DNA from: Octopus vulgaris
Lineage: Eukaryota
Direction: 5' to 3'
NCBI GenBank assembly: GCA_951406725.2
Contig: OX597816.1
Span: 107,322,001 to 107,386,000 of the forward strand
DNA: 64,000 nucleotides
Positions 24,945 through 38,969 of this stretch are shown here, piece after piece. The number at the start of each line of letters is the position of its first letter. Position 1 is the stretch's first letter. The position numbers were made by a program, and so were the translations under genes. The notes under the pieces are model-generated. The model was not told the origin of the DNA. It did no database searches and was given only the letters and a program-made list of their open reading frames with translations.

Positions 24945-25331
24945 GGTGGAAGCACTCCCTCGGTTATGACGACGAGGATTCCGGTTGATCCGAATCAACG
25001 GAACAGCCTGCTCGTGAAATTAACGTATAAGTGGCTGAGCACTCCACAGACACGTGTACCCTTAACGTAGTTCTCGGGGATATTCAGCGTGACACAGAGA
25101 GTGACAAGGCCGGCCCTTTGAAATACAGGTACAACAGAAACAGGAAGTAAGAGTGAGAGAAAGTTGTGGTGAAAGAGTACAGCAGGGATCACCACCATCC
25201 CCTGCTGGAGCCTCGTGGAGCTTTAGGTGTTTTCGCTTAATAAACACTCATAACGCCCGGTCTGGGAATTGAAACTGCGATCCTATGACCGCAAGTCCGC
25301 TGCCCTAACCACTGGGCCATTGCGCCTCCAC
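24945..25331 (-). mobile_element. Young composite tRNA-SINE with 11-bp TSD
   Basis: TSD ACTAATCAGGT at 24934-24944 and 25332-25342. The head is as in 22905-23200, but the 3' module differs. Confidence 0.9.
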
Positions 25332-26678
25332 ACTAATCAGGTACTTATGAAGATAACCTAATGAAATAAACAGTCAGAATTAGGTCTGGTTTTAGTGTTA
25401 TGAAGCCACCTGATGCTTCATGTATATATTGCAGGGAAAGCTTTATATTCTATATAATTTTAGATTTGGTGATATGAGACCTGATTCTGTAAGAGAAGAT
25501 TTTGTAGGTAGTTGCTCTTGACATGTAGTGGAAGATACTTTTTGTATTTTTTCTTTACTGTATTTAATGAATTTTCTTTGGAAATTCATATAGCTGCTGC
25601 TAATCTTATTGCTACAATAGAGATTCCAGATGTAAATCTAAATAAACATCATTTACACAGTACCATCAAAATTCCTCAACACTTTTAAAAAATAACTTAA
25701 TAATAAACATACTATTCACTATTTGATTGTACAACAATTGAAAGAATTTATTTATGAACTTTTCTAGAGCTAAAAAGCTTGTTACATAAGTAACACTTTT
25801 TTAAAAGAAAGAAATAAGATGCAGAGAAAATCTTTCAAATCTTTTCAGTATACTATGACTAAACTATTTAGGGTCCAGAGATAACACAGTTATTGAATGA
25901 TAAAGGAAGATCTGAAGACAATGAAAATGTTACACATCAAAAAGAAAGTTTTGAAAGTACCAAACTAAATTTTGTTCCAATTCTAAAAGCTGAATTTCGT
26001 ATCCACTTACTGTTGTTTTTTTTGTTTTTTTTTCTGCAATTTTCTGTCTTTTTAGATTATTCAACGCCATGAATGTGTGGAAATTGAGATTGCAAATCCG
26101 GCAAATACTTAACCAAATCAACATCAATTGGAAACTTGTTTGCCGTGCTCACATTTTCTCCATTTCTCCCTCCCCTTTCATTTTAAATATATCAATCTCT
26201 TATTGTCATATGTGTTGTGATTTTGTGACAGATGAGCAGAATTTGTGAAGACAAAAAAAAAACCAAAAAAAAAACCAGAAAGAATAGAAAAAAATTAAAT
26301 AAAGAATCCCCAAAATAAAACAATGACAAATCTGTGAAGTGTGTAAATAAAAATTGAAATACTGAACATGAAATACATAAAAAAAAAAGCAGTCTATCGA
26401 ATCATGGAAAAAATCCAAATGGAGGAAGAAAAATGGAATAAAAAAAAAAGGCAGCCATCAAACATTATTATGAAGATAGAGGGATAAATGAAAAAATGGG
26501 GGGGGGGGGATTATATTGAGAGACAATGAAAAACGGGAACTGCAAGGGAAAACATGAATAAAAAGGTGTTTATGAGTTAGCAGTTGTCAGATACAGTGAA
26601 ATCTGGTGGAAAAATCATGTAACAACGAAAAAAAAATTCTTCAATAAGGTGAAGATAAATCAATTACAAATACACCAA

Positions 26679-26746
<68 letters not shown>

Positions 26747-26866
26747 GAGTGTCTTTTGTATTTCGAATTCTGATTGAAAAAAATGGTGATCTTTTTTAGC
26801 AGGAAACCTATGGTAGCAGAGAAGTAACAAACATTTTGTTTAAAAGTGTGTGTATGTGCATGTGTG

Positions 26867-26901
<35 letters not shown>

Positions 26902-27623
26902 GTGCATATGTATATACATATGTATGTTGTATTTATGCATGTATATATTAAACATTTCGCATGTATGTATATAACATTTATTCAACGTTGCATCTGTGTG
27001 AGGTACTACTCAGGGGGTTCATATACCTGTTTTTCAGATGAATGAAGTCTGAAAATGTAAAAAAAAAATACCCTCCATGTAGTCTCACACATGGAGATGA
27101 GCAGTCAAATTCAGATTGGATAAATGCTACTTTGAAAAAGCATGGAAGAGTGTGAGATTAGAGAGAAGAGAAGGAATAGAAAAAGGACCCCAAAAAACAA
27201 AATAATATGTATGAAAGATATTATATATATCTATATCTTTATATACGAAAGATATATATATATTTATGTGTGAGTGTGTGTATATATATATATATGAAAG
27301 ATATATATATGTCTTAAAATAATGTGTTAAAATATTTATATATAATAAAATAATATATGTATTATGATATACACAAGCACATATACAGACTTTTTATACA
27401 TGCAAAATGTGTATGCATATATCCACAGATTGTATATATCTACAAATGAAATATATGTTTGCCTCTGTATGTGTGTGTGTGTATTATATATTAAATATAT
27501 TAAATAAAGCATTAACACTTATGGTATATATATTGGTAGCTCCAGTTTTCTGTAGCTATTGGAACTGATGAGTATATAAACAGATTGGCTGCTTATGTCT
27601 CTGGAATTGGTCGAATTGATGTA

Positions 27624-27674
27624 AACACCTCTGATGAGAAACCCAATAAGGTGAAAAAATCGATTAAGGTTGTT
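27624..27674 (+). ncRNA. Degenerate minimal hammerhead ribozyme motif
   Basis: AACACCT-CTGATGA-GAAACC-CAATAA-GGT-GAAAAAA-TCGA-TTA-AGGTTGTT. Stem I and the palindromic TCGA loop are present, but there are two extra A's in the core. Confidence 0.4.
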
Positions 27675-27717
27675 CCTCATTTTCTCAGTCTACAGAGAAG
27701 GAGCTAAATTAATCCTG

Positions 27718-27755
<38 letters not shown>

Positions 27756-29369
27756 TCCATAGGTTATACAATGATACATAAAATGTACATCTTTGTGTAT
27801 GTTTTGAGAAGTATCCTAGATATTATACCTGATTACTTGTGACTATTGTTGATATAGTTAATTAAAAATGTGATGTTCTCCCTTTCATTTCCCAGTAAGA
27901 CCAAGATGGCAAATGAAAACCATCAATTTCTGAGAAATATAACTTCTATAGTTTAGCTTCTTATCCAAAAATCTTAATATTTGCTTCATATCTGCTTAAT
28001 TCTGCTGGAACCAGAGTTAAGTATCAGCTTACTGAACCATGTTTTTGTCTTTTTTTTACATAAAATGGTTAAATGTATAATGTTTTTAACTTTTGGAAAT
28101 ATATTTTGTGTATATGTGTTATGTATGTGTGTGTAGAGATATATATAGTATATATATCATCATCATCAAATTCCATATGGGACAGAGAGGTGCATTGAAT
28201 ATACTGGAAATTAATAATCAAGTTAATTTGTCTTTCACATCTATAAAAGTTAGCTCATATTACTGGTAGTTTCAAATAATCTTCAATGCTGCCCCTACCT
28301 GGTTTAGGTCATTTTTACAAGACTTATCTCAACTCAATGTTTGGGTTATTTGATTTATGAACTGCACTGAGCACAAGGGAAATATCCTTTTCTGCATATA
28401 TTATGAACTGCATATGAAAGAATATATGTAAAGACAGTATTAACTATGAAGTTAACTGATAAACAAAGTCAAAGGGATTTCAGTCTCCTGATAGCTGATG
28501 TGTTACATTTCAAGATATTTTTATAAGGCTGATCCTAGGATGTAGTACTGATTTAAATTGAGTGTAGGATTTGATGATAGTACTGCATCAAGAAGTGGGT
28601 TGAGGAAGTGTAAAAGGTAAGAAATAATGAAATGAGAAGGAAAGAGAGATGATGGCAACAATTAGAGCACTGAAAAGAAAGCATAACTTAGTGATAATAT
28701 ATAAATAATAAGCCAATGAAGGAGCGATACATTTTGTTTTATAAAATTCTGCTTTTTAGGTGTATTTATGGATCTGGATGATCCATAAAAACACTGACTC
28801 ATTCATGGTAGTCATGACCAGTATCATAAAATGAACTTAGCATGTTTGTAACCCTTCAGTGTATCTGACGTAACAGTCACATATACTCCACATAGCAGTG
28901 AGGTCTTCAGGATTGTTCTTTTCTTGGCTGTACTGAGAAAATATTTTTTCTACCTTTTACATATTGTTTACATTTTTCAAAAATCCTTCAGGTGATTTTG
29001 TTGGTTATAGTCTTTTTCAATTACTGTAATATAGTTTGTTAGTTTTGTTACATCTCTTTTCTTAATGTTTCTGAAGGATGAAGTATGGTTGTGAAACTTA
29101 CTTTTGAACAGCCCTTCTGTCATACTACTATATCACTCTGAGGCCGTGATATGGAGTTTTTTCTTTCATGCTCTTCACTTTTCCTCTCCATTTTGGGACT
29201 TGAAATCCCATTATCAAATTCTATTGATAAAAACTCTATAGTCAATTGCTAAATTATAGCATACCTTAACTTCAGCTTTTTAAAAAAACACATCAGCTAT
29301 CAGGCGACTGATCTGCTTTTGACTCTGTTCTCTAGAAATCTCCTCTGTTAGTAAAACAAAAGTTTATAT

Positions 29370-29532
29370 AGGTGCAAACATAACTGTGTGGTAAGAAGTT
29401 TGCTTCCCAACCATATGGCTTGGGTTCAGTCTCACTGCATGGCTTCATAGGCATGAATCTTCTACTCTGCCCCAAGTCAACCAAAGCCTTATGAGTGAAT
29501 TTGGTAGCTAGAAACTGAAAGCAATCTGTTGC

Positions 29533-29563
<31 letters not shown>

Positions 29564-29591
29564 AATGTATATCTATCTATCTGTCTATCTG

Positions 29592-29670
<79 letters not shown>

Positions 29671-29840
29671 GTCTGTCTATATATATGCGTGTGTGTGTGT
29701 GTTTGTGTCTGTTCCCCCATTACTACTGTTGTTGGTTAGCTTATGTTCTCATACCATAGCAGTTTGGTGAAATGAGCAGCTAAACCATTTATGGCAGTGC
29801 TCCAGCAGGGTTATAAACCGATGACTGAAACAAATATAAG
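29370..29840 (+). mobile_element. Diverged SINE with expanded internal (TCTA)n
   Basis: Same head and tail as 21985-22390. (ATCT)n at about 29570-29678. Confidence 0.75.
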
Positions 29841-30586
29841 ATATATATATTACCATGATGCTAATAATGCAAATGAAAGTAGAAACTATGTACTTTGTAC
29901 ACATCCAAGACATACTGGTCTAACCAAACCTGAAGAAAAATTTCCTAAACCATTTTGGGCAATGTTTAGTTTTATTTGAAACTACAAGTAATATAAACTG
30001 ACAGCTATTTCTTGTAGTGAGATATGTGTATGTATATAGGTATAAATCAGTATCCATGGAAACTTATGGCTGTATGCACTGTCAAAAATTGTATAAATTA
30101 GAATAAGACATTGCATAAATTGGTGTGCCATTGTGAGGTTTCTCATGTTTCAAACAAAATCTTTCCCCATAGAATGGGGAAAACATTTCCTTTTATCTCT
30201 ACTGTTTGAGACATTGGATATGGTAGAGAATGGGAAGTGGTTGGAGAGAGAGTAAGAGTAATGGAAGAGGTTTGTCAAAATGCATACACACACACACGCT
30301 CGTATCATACATTACAAATTCACACATATTTTATATGTGCACATACATTACACGTATGTACTTTACACATACACGTCACAAACACTCAATCACCTGTGTA
30401 TGTTAGATTGGTCAGAATTAAACTGTTTGGTCTGCAGAGTTTGTGCAGACACATGCATAAGACAGTAGAAGCATGGACATATATATGTGCATTTGTGTCC
30501 TTAAGTCCAATGCCTCGTAAAGCAAGGATAAAGTTAAATTTTTTTCATTCCCTGTAAAAGGACAGCATACCAATTTAAGTAATTGC

Positions 30587-30621
<35 letters not shown>

Positions 30622-31560
30622 TATCTATATATATATATATTTATATATATATTTATATAGTATAGTATACTATAGTGTAGAGCACAGTCAGTACATATTT
30701 TAATCATTTCAAAATCACTAAAAATCACTTACAATGGTTGAGTTCATTATTGGATTTTACTGACGTGTATTAGAACGTGTGTGTGTGTGTGTGTGCAAAA
30801 ATGCATACAGATCTATCTGCATGTTCTTGTATGTGTACATATATAAATTCATATACTCATACACACACATTTGAATGGTTTTAAATACTTAGTTATTTGT
30901 GATACTAATTGATTCAAAAATATTTCATGTCTTCCTTTAGGTTTTAATTCGGAACACTATTGCTTTGACTGATAGAGAAATTATACATTTATTTTCATAA
31001 TTTTATAAAATTATCATTTTCATTTTACCTTCTGTTCTAGTTTTACATTGATGCATCATATTTTGTTGCCGTAATACTTGTTTGCTACCTCAATATACAT
31101 TTGAAAGTTATATTTCTTCATGTTTTATTAGCATTTGCATATGTATATGATAATGGGCATGAGAGAGAGGGGGAAAAGAGAACGAGAGAGAGAGAGAGAC
31201 AGACAGACAGAGAAAGTGAGAGTATGTGTAATCATGTGTGTGTATATGTGTTAGTGTGCAGAAAAACCAGTACTTATTTCAAAGGAAATGGTAACATGAT
31301 TTATAACATGGTAACATAGTGGGGTTAGTTTGTTTAACTGTTTTCCTCCTTCCCCTACCTGTTCGAAAACATTCGTGATGTTTATATGGACAATCTTTCT
31401 TTATATTTTTATTTTATAATTATGTACATTTGTACATGTATCAAACCCATCATTCAATTTAACACCATCACATGGCTCATGAATGTCATTAGCAGAATCG
31501 AAGTATTCCATCAGGTCCTCAGTTATGAGGATGCATTGGATACACTGCTTTCTACTTTAG

Positions 31561-31682
31561 CTATCAAGGAATTGCAGCTGTTTCTTCCCTTTCTTTCTGC
31601 TTGTCGCGAGTGCCTGGCAAAGGACATGGATGTTTCCCTTAATCCTCTCACCACCATAAAAAGGAAATATGTGATCGTCTAG
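31561..31682 (+). CDS. Candidate exon (stop codon coincides with donor)
   Basis: Acceptor CTGCTTTCTACTTTAG and donor TAG|GTAAAC. The phase-1 frame AIKELQLFLPFLSACRECLAKDMDVSLNPLTTIKRKYVIV* is part of ORF 31386-31682. Confidence 0.25.
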
Positions 31683-33594
31683 GTAAACTGTGTTTATAGA
31701 TTACATATCTTGCTCAATATGTGCCACTAAACAACATGAACATCTTAAATTCTTTTAACCCTTCATCCCTGCGCAAGGAGTGAGTTATTCATGTAAGTAT
31801 GTGATTGGCTATTAAAAACAAATTCCATTCCACTTTCAACTTCTTCAGTCATTTTTGTAATGAGATTTCTGTTTGAATAAAAACTTGCAGCTATTTTTGA
31901 ATTGAAATCTTTTTGGTGGCCAAGATTATAAAGCACCGTTTTGGTTGCTTCATTGTAACTAGTTAGATGTCTTTCTGCATTCAAATTCCATATTTAAAGT
32001 CAACTTTCATTACACCTACATTGGTAAAATAAATACCAGTAATACTGAGTTGATTCTAAATACAAAATCTACAAGAAAAAACAGAAACCCAAACAGACCA
32101 AATATCTGTCTTGTGTCTAGTGAAAAAGTGAATAGTTTTGTTTTTTTACCATTCCAATTATCATTTTTATTTTTTTCCTATTTTTCTTTAAAACTTTTCA
32201 ATTTTACATGTTCTACTGAATGTCTGAAATATGGCTCTTATTTTGTCTTATTGACGACATTTAAACATTAATCTGCTTGAAGTGTGTGGTATGGATAAGT
32301 CTATCAACATTTTATCAAATTCTTTAAGTCTATATCTTTACTTAACACTTCAAAGAAGAAAAAAAAATCTAGTTATAAAATTGACTGGATTTTGGAAAAA
32401 TATTGCACAGTTCATTTTTGACTAGTAAAGATTTTTTTTTTAAATTTCAATATATTTACATTTTCTTCAAAATTCATAGCAATGCTTCATATTGTGGAAA
32501 TAACTTCATAATTATTCTTATAACAAAAATCTTTTAGGGTTCAATGTCAATACTTATTGCCAATTTTTTGGTTCAAGTAATAAAACCATCAAAAGTACCA
32601 AAGTAAGCATGTATGTGTGTGTGTGAGTTGTGAATTGAGTTGAGGCTAAAAGTTTAAGGTGCTGAGTTTGTAACTGTACAACTTTGAGTTCATATCTTGT
32701 TTCATCTGTTGCAATGTGTCACTTCAGTAAGGCATGTTGCTACTTCTATTAACTACAGCCAATGTTATATAAATATCAAAATTGGCATATCTGTGTGTGG
32801 AGGGATTTAAAAATTGAAATTCTTTAAACATTCTTATTAGACTTGCATATGGTTGTATAAAATGTTGATTTTTCTACTCATTATGATTATTTTTTTAGCA
32901 GTGTTATTTTAACGATTTGTTGCCTACCTCTGTAGCATTTCCACATTCCAATGATTAACTTCAACCCTTCATGCCAATTAATTCCACAAGTATGATAAAC
33001 ATTGGATTAAAATAAATCTCTTCATTATAGTAAAATTGGCTGGTTGGGTGGTTGGTTTATTTCTCCAGTCATCAGTCACACTTTACATCATATAGAGAGA
33101 GTTAATATAAGAGGTGGAGGATGAGTGCACATACTAGGCTTGGTGGTAGACAATGAGTAAAAGAATGCTCTACACAAGCACAAGGTGAGAGAAAAAGAAA
33201 TTTTATAGACAGAGGAAGAGGAGTGGTACACAACTAAGTAGTTATGAGAACTATACAAATGAGAAATTTGTTTTATTCTAATGTAATAAATTTTTTTCTT
33301 CAGAAAAATTATTAATTTCACCATTTTGTATAAACATCAAGAAATTTGATCAAAGTTAAATTATGATTATTGTATGTCTGTCATATTTCCTGATATTAAC
33401 CATTCTGGCAAAAGTATTCTTCTAAATTTACCATCATATGACGTGAAACACTGTAGTTAAATTATAACTTGTTAAAAATTAAAAAAAAAGAGTAAATATT
33501 TAGATTTATAGATAAATAATATTCAAACATATCTTTACTATGGTTCACTTTGCCTTTTTTTTTCCCTGAAAATAATAAAATAAATATCTGGGTC

Positions 33595-33762
33595 CAGTGC
33601 CACTTTAAGGCATGGGCACACTGGGCAGTTGCCCAGGGACTCCATGGGTTTAGGGGACCAATGCTACTATGTGTATACTGTTGTATATATGTAGATTAAG
33701 TATCTAGAAACCCCAGTGTATTACTTTGCTTGAGGGCTTATAATACTGTTGAGATAATCCTG
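33595..33762. mobile_element. Degraded hAT-like MITE
   Basis: CAGTGCCACTTTAAGGGCATGGGCACACTGGGCAGTTGCCCAGGG...GTTGAGATAATCCTG, a GC-rich island with CAG/CTG ends. Confidence 0.4.
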
Positions 33763-35103
33763 CCGTGATCAGATGTTAATTTCAGTCGAGTTTTCTTTAT
33801 TCATTTCCATTATCACCAAAAGTAACATTAAAAAAAAAAAATCTTGTACATGGCCAAGACAGTAAAATGCTGAACCAAATACCTATTTTTATTTTTTGGG
33901 TTTGGTTAAGTTCCCTGTTTTAACTGTGCAATTCTATCTAGAGTCTAATTTTGTGAGGGTTCTGTCAGATGTTTTTCAGAATAATCTAACCTCATGACTT
34001 TCAGAAATTGATTTTACCATTCAATCTGGTAATAACTTCATCATTATTATATCATTTTAAAATAACACTGATATACCATCTTTTTTCTGGGGTGTTTGAC
34101 CTCTTAATTTCCCAAATTGCTTTTGTAATTCTACCTGATGTCTATTCAAAACTAATTCTGAAAGACATTTTCTCTAGAGAATTTTACTTTTTTCCAACTT
34201 TACCCTTATTTTATTGTGTGCAATTATACATGGAGTTTAATTGCAGAATACCTCTGAAAGACATTTTTCTGAAGTCTGTCTTCAAGGCTTCCAAAATTTA
34301 ATCATGCAGATTTTATATATTGAAGAAATGATTATGGAGATTCGAATCCTTGATCCCAAAAAAACAGTTTTATCCCAAGTCTTTTTAAGAAACAGTTCTG
34401 GAGTAAATCCTGGCTGTGTAACCCCATCTACAAAAGAAAAAAATATAATTGTGTTATTTCATCTAGGATCTAATTGAGATTACTTTGAAGACATATTCTG
34501 GAGAGTCTGGGATTAGACCTCACATTGTTACAAGGAAGAACAATGCATTCAACAAAGATTTTATGCTTATGTTTTTAAGCTGCAAATATCTTTTGTGTTT
34601 TATATGAAAGCTAAAAAAAGAAAAAAAGTCTTATTTAGTTCACCCTTTTGATACCAACCCACATGAGCTTGCTCTTGGTTCTCTTCCATCAACATTTTAT
34701 GTTCATTTGTTCCAACCAATTTAATAATGACAGTTATTTTATCAAATATTTTACTATTTTAAAAATTGCTGGAAACAAAGGCAGTATATTTCAATAGAAT
34801 TATGGTATAAAAAAAAAAGGTTCTACAAACTCTATGTGTATATATTTATGTGTTGTTGTTTAATATCAATTGTTCAAGTTCCATGACCATCTCATCTTTT
34901 TTTTTTCAGGAATAGCATAGCTTGGACTACATTATCCAACATGTTATTTCCTTATTTCAGATTGTAGGGTGTGATCTGAGGGAGATTTGGCTACTACTTC
35001 TATAAGAGCAAACAACTAGGTAGAGGATTCCTCAATGGTTCTGTTTATATGCATTTGTTTGTATGTCTGTGTGAACAATTACACATTTATTTCAAACTAA
35101 TAA

Positions 35104-35131
35104 TGTGTGTGTATGTGTGTATGTGTGTGTG

Positions 35132-35215
<84 letters not shown>
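35104..35215. repeat. Compound (TG)n-(GATA)n-(GA)n microsatellite
   Basis: Direct reading. Confidence 0.95.
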
Positions 35216-35216
<1 letters not shown>

Positions 35217-37105
35217 ACTCTAGTACTGGTGGTAATCTCCCGGTGAACGAAGGCTGCTGCAATCTATGTTTAACTGCTGCTCATTTATTTTATATTTTGC
35301 ATACTGTAATACATATGTGTATGTGTGAATATGATTGTAACATGGGCATTGAATGTGTGGAAAATTTGTGAGGACTGGAGAGAAGTGCTTTGGTTATGAA
35401 TGATAATGAATTATAAAGGTGGAGTGAGAGTAAACTGAATGTATTGAGAGAGCGAGAGAGAGAGAGAGAGTGCAGATGAGAATTAAAAGGAGTGATGGAT
35501 GTGTGTGTTCATGACAGATGATTACTTTAGTGATGTGGAAATGTAATTTAAAAGTACAAGGTTTGTATGAGTAATGAAAGTGCTATGACCTGGCAAAAAA
35601 AAAAAATAACGATATGGGTATGAATGAGTTCAGATAATGAGTTCAGATTTTGAGCTGTTGGTTCTCACAGACAAAAATGAGAAGACAGAAGATCAAGACA
35701 GGTGGGTTGTTCGGTTTGTTTTAATGCAGACCTATCCAACCCATACTAGCTTAGAGAATGTAGACACAGTAATGATGATGATGACAATGATAGTGATAAT
35801 GGTGATGACAGTGTGAGGCGATGATAGCAGTGGCAGTGATGATGATGATGATGGTTACTCTGTGTGTTTGTGTGATGTTAGGCTGGTATTTCCTATCTAC
35901 TGTGGTCACATTGAACATTTCATGCTTGAGTGAAATCCTTTCCTTATGTATTTTGTTTGTTTTACTTTTTTTCAAACAAACAAACAAACAAACAAAAAAG
36001 ACAAAAATGGTGTTGAGAAGCTTTAAATGTAAATATCCCAAGGTTGTTACTTCTGAGTTGATGACATTCTGACTTTTGAGATCTCTCAATTGGGTAAAAA
36101 AAAAAAAAAAAAAAAAAGAGAAATGAAAAAAAATTACTGACACTAAGCATGGTTTCTCAGGCTCTTATACACATACACTTGTGTACTTTGCACATGCATA
36201 TATGTACAGAAACACATATACATGTTTATGCATGTGTTTGTGTATAAGAATACATATTCAAACAGATGCATTCATATAAAACTAAAGGGAATAATTATAC
36301 ATTCATTGACCAAAGTGATACATTTATGCTCTATTCACCTTTCATCACAGTCTATATATGATAACAAAAAGCCATTATCTTATGGACCATCTTGTGGTCC
36401 CACATTGTTTCCATGAAGTTCTTCAACCTGTGAACTGTTTCCAGTCTCCCATTGGTTGTTTCGCTAATGTTGCTTAATGCCTTTCAGAAAGGCATAACTG
36501 TCATTTCTCATAAACCCACTTCCTCTCAATAAATCTGAGGCATTTTGCCTTTTTATGGAATCATATAAATCACTGTAAAAAAAGTATACCCAGATTGTTG
36601 TTGTTATTTTTCTCTATTTTTTGTCATCTTTCTATGACTGCTTTGATTTTCATATTGTTTAAACTATAATTTAATTTGAAATAGACATACATGCATGCAT
36701 GCATACATACATATATACATACATACATACAAACAAACATACATACATGATCATTTCTATGTCCCCGTGCATGATACAGCCTTAAGACATTTATTGGATG
36801 GCTGTTGACTCTCAAGAGTTCCTCCGCCCTTTGATGGGTTTTGTTTTTCATCCCGCAGGGTGTCCAATAAACACCCTCCTCACCAAGCAAGCTTGGTGGG
36901 GTTGCTGGTTTAGTCGCCGACGACCCAACCATGCAACAGGTTGTACTGGGTTACATGTTACCAGTAGCACTCGAAATACATACATACATACTTATATACA
37001 TACATATATACATACACACACACATATACATACATACATGCTTGCATGCATTCATACATACACACACACACACATGCATGCATACATACATACATACATA
37101 CATAC

Positions 37106-37520
37106 ACAGGGTTATTCAAAGAGAATTAACCGATTTCATTATGCAATATTTTAATAAGGAAAAGCAATAGGAAACTCCAGCTAATTCACACGTATTTACT
37201 CACAACCAACTTTTATTTCCTTTCTTATAAGTGTTCAATGTGACCACCACCTGCAGTAAGGGCAACATCAGTGTGATGAGAGAATTCTTCCCAGACATAT
37301 ATCAGCATATGATCCACTGAGTTGATTGCTGTTGTTATTCGATGTTTAAGGTCGTCGAGGTTAGAGGTCTGGGGATCTTGCAGGCCAAGCAGATATGTAT
37401 CTGGGAGGAATTCTCTTATCACATTGATGTTGCCCATGCTGCAGGTGGTGGCCATATTGAACACGTGTAAGACAGGAAATAAAAGTTGATTGTGAGTAAA
37501 TACTTGTGACTTAGCTGGAG
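37106..37520. mobile_element. Foldback derivative of a Tc1/mariner (rosa/DD41D-like) 3' end
   Basis: Arms at about 37175-37302 and 37392-37519 are inverted copies, both encoding the transposase C-terminal GGGHIEH motif. Terminus CAGGGTTATTCAAAGAG. Confidence 0.75.
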
Positions 37521-38774
37521 AAGGGATACCCAAAAGAAACTGGAATTTTGCAATATTATTTTATTCACTTAGTTTTACATGTTTACATTTTTATTACCTT
37601 CAAACTATTCTCCATTTGAAGCAATGCATCAGTCCAGATGCCTTTTCCACTGATTGAAGCAATGCTGGAATTCTTGCAAATGCCTCCATTATTTTTTTTC
37701 CTTCACTTCTTCCACATCTGTAAATGTTTTCCTTTAAGGACATTTTTGCATTTGGAAGGACAAAAGATGTCACAGGGAGCAAGATGGGTGAATAGGGAGG
37801 TTGGTAAGTGAGGTCATGCCATTTTTAGTCAACAACTGTCTCATACTCAAGGTGGTGTGCACAGGTGCATTCTTGTGATGATTCCACCATTCTCCGCTTT
37901 GTCACAGGTCAGGGTGTTTTTGTCTTATTGCGTCTTGTGAATGCTTCAGAAGTGCCAAGTAGAATGTCTGGATCACAGTTTGACCAGGAAGAACAAATTC
38001 TGCGTGGACAATTCCTTTTGCATCAATGAAACAAATCAGCAGCATCTTGACACTGGATTTCACTTGACGCTCTTTTAGAGGGCGCGGTGACATTGAATGC
38101 TTCATTTCTGGGTCGTAGCTGTAGCATCAGCTTTCATCACCAGTGATGACCTTTGAATAAAGGCTTGGATCAATTTCCAATTGTTCTTTCAGTTCACAAC
38201 ATGCATTCAGTTGTGACTGCTTTTGATCTTCCGTGAGCAAGGGAGGCACAAATTTTGTTGCAACTCTTTTCATTCAGTTTCCCGCTAAAAATTCATTGGT
38301 AGGAACTCCAGGATGCACCAGTCCTATCAACAAGTTTATCAATTATTTAGCAATGGTCCTCCAAGGTCAGTTCATGAATTTTCATGAAGTTTTCATTCGT
38401 TTGGGGGTTGATGTTGGCCCTGAATGAGCTTGGTCTTCAAGTGACAAGTGATCATTCCTAAAGCATGGAAACCACTTGTAAACTTGTGTTTTGCTCATGG
38501 CAGCATCCTTGTAAGCTGTTAAAAGCATGACAACTGTTCCAGCCACCATTTGCCCCAGCAGAAAACAGAATTTCAGTCATTGCAAAAATTGACGAACAGG
38601 GGAGAAGCACTGCAAAACAAAGATGCATCATGTGACAGTATGACTTCACACACCACTGCCAGTTGGCAGACTGATGTCTGAGGGTCACATCAAGTGGCTT
38701 CTAGTGGTGGAAGTCTGAACTACAACAGACTTCTCCCACAGAGGGTATTTTCAGTTACTTTTGGGTACTCTCTC
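37518..38774 (-). mobile_element. Decayed full-length mariner element
   Basis: TIRs TACCCAAAAGAAACTGGAA and TTCAGTTACTTTTGGGTA. Minus-strand motifs VATKFVP.LL, ITGDES, KMLLICFIDAKGIVHAEFV and PPYSP. Confidence 0.88.
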
Positions 38775-38969
38775 ATATATATATATAAATATATATATGC
38801 ACTAGTATGACTATAGTTATAGGAGCAGGCATGCCTGTGTGGTTATGTAGTTTGCTTCTCAACCAGATGGTTCTAGGTTCAGTCCCTATATTTTAAAAGG
38901 TATAGCCATGTTATACAGTGTGTCATGCTGATTTTGCTTGAGAATTAGATTTATGGTACACATGTCTAG

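Noticed and set aside
36400-36500. Minus-strand CTGAAAG...GAAAC hammerhead candidate
   Set aside because: The core is not CUGANGA and the stems do not close.
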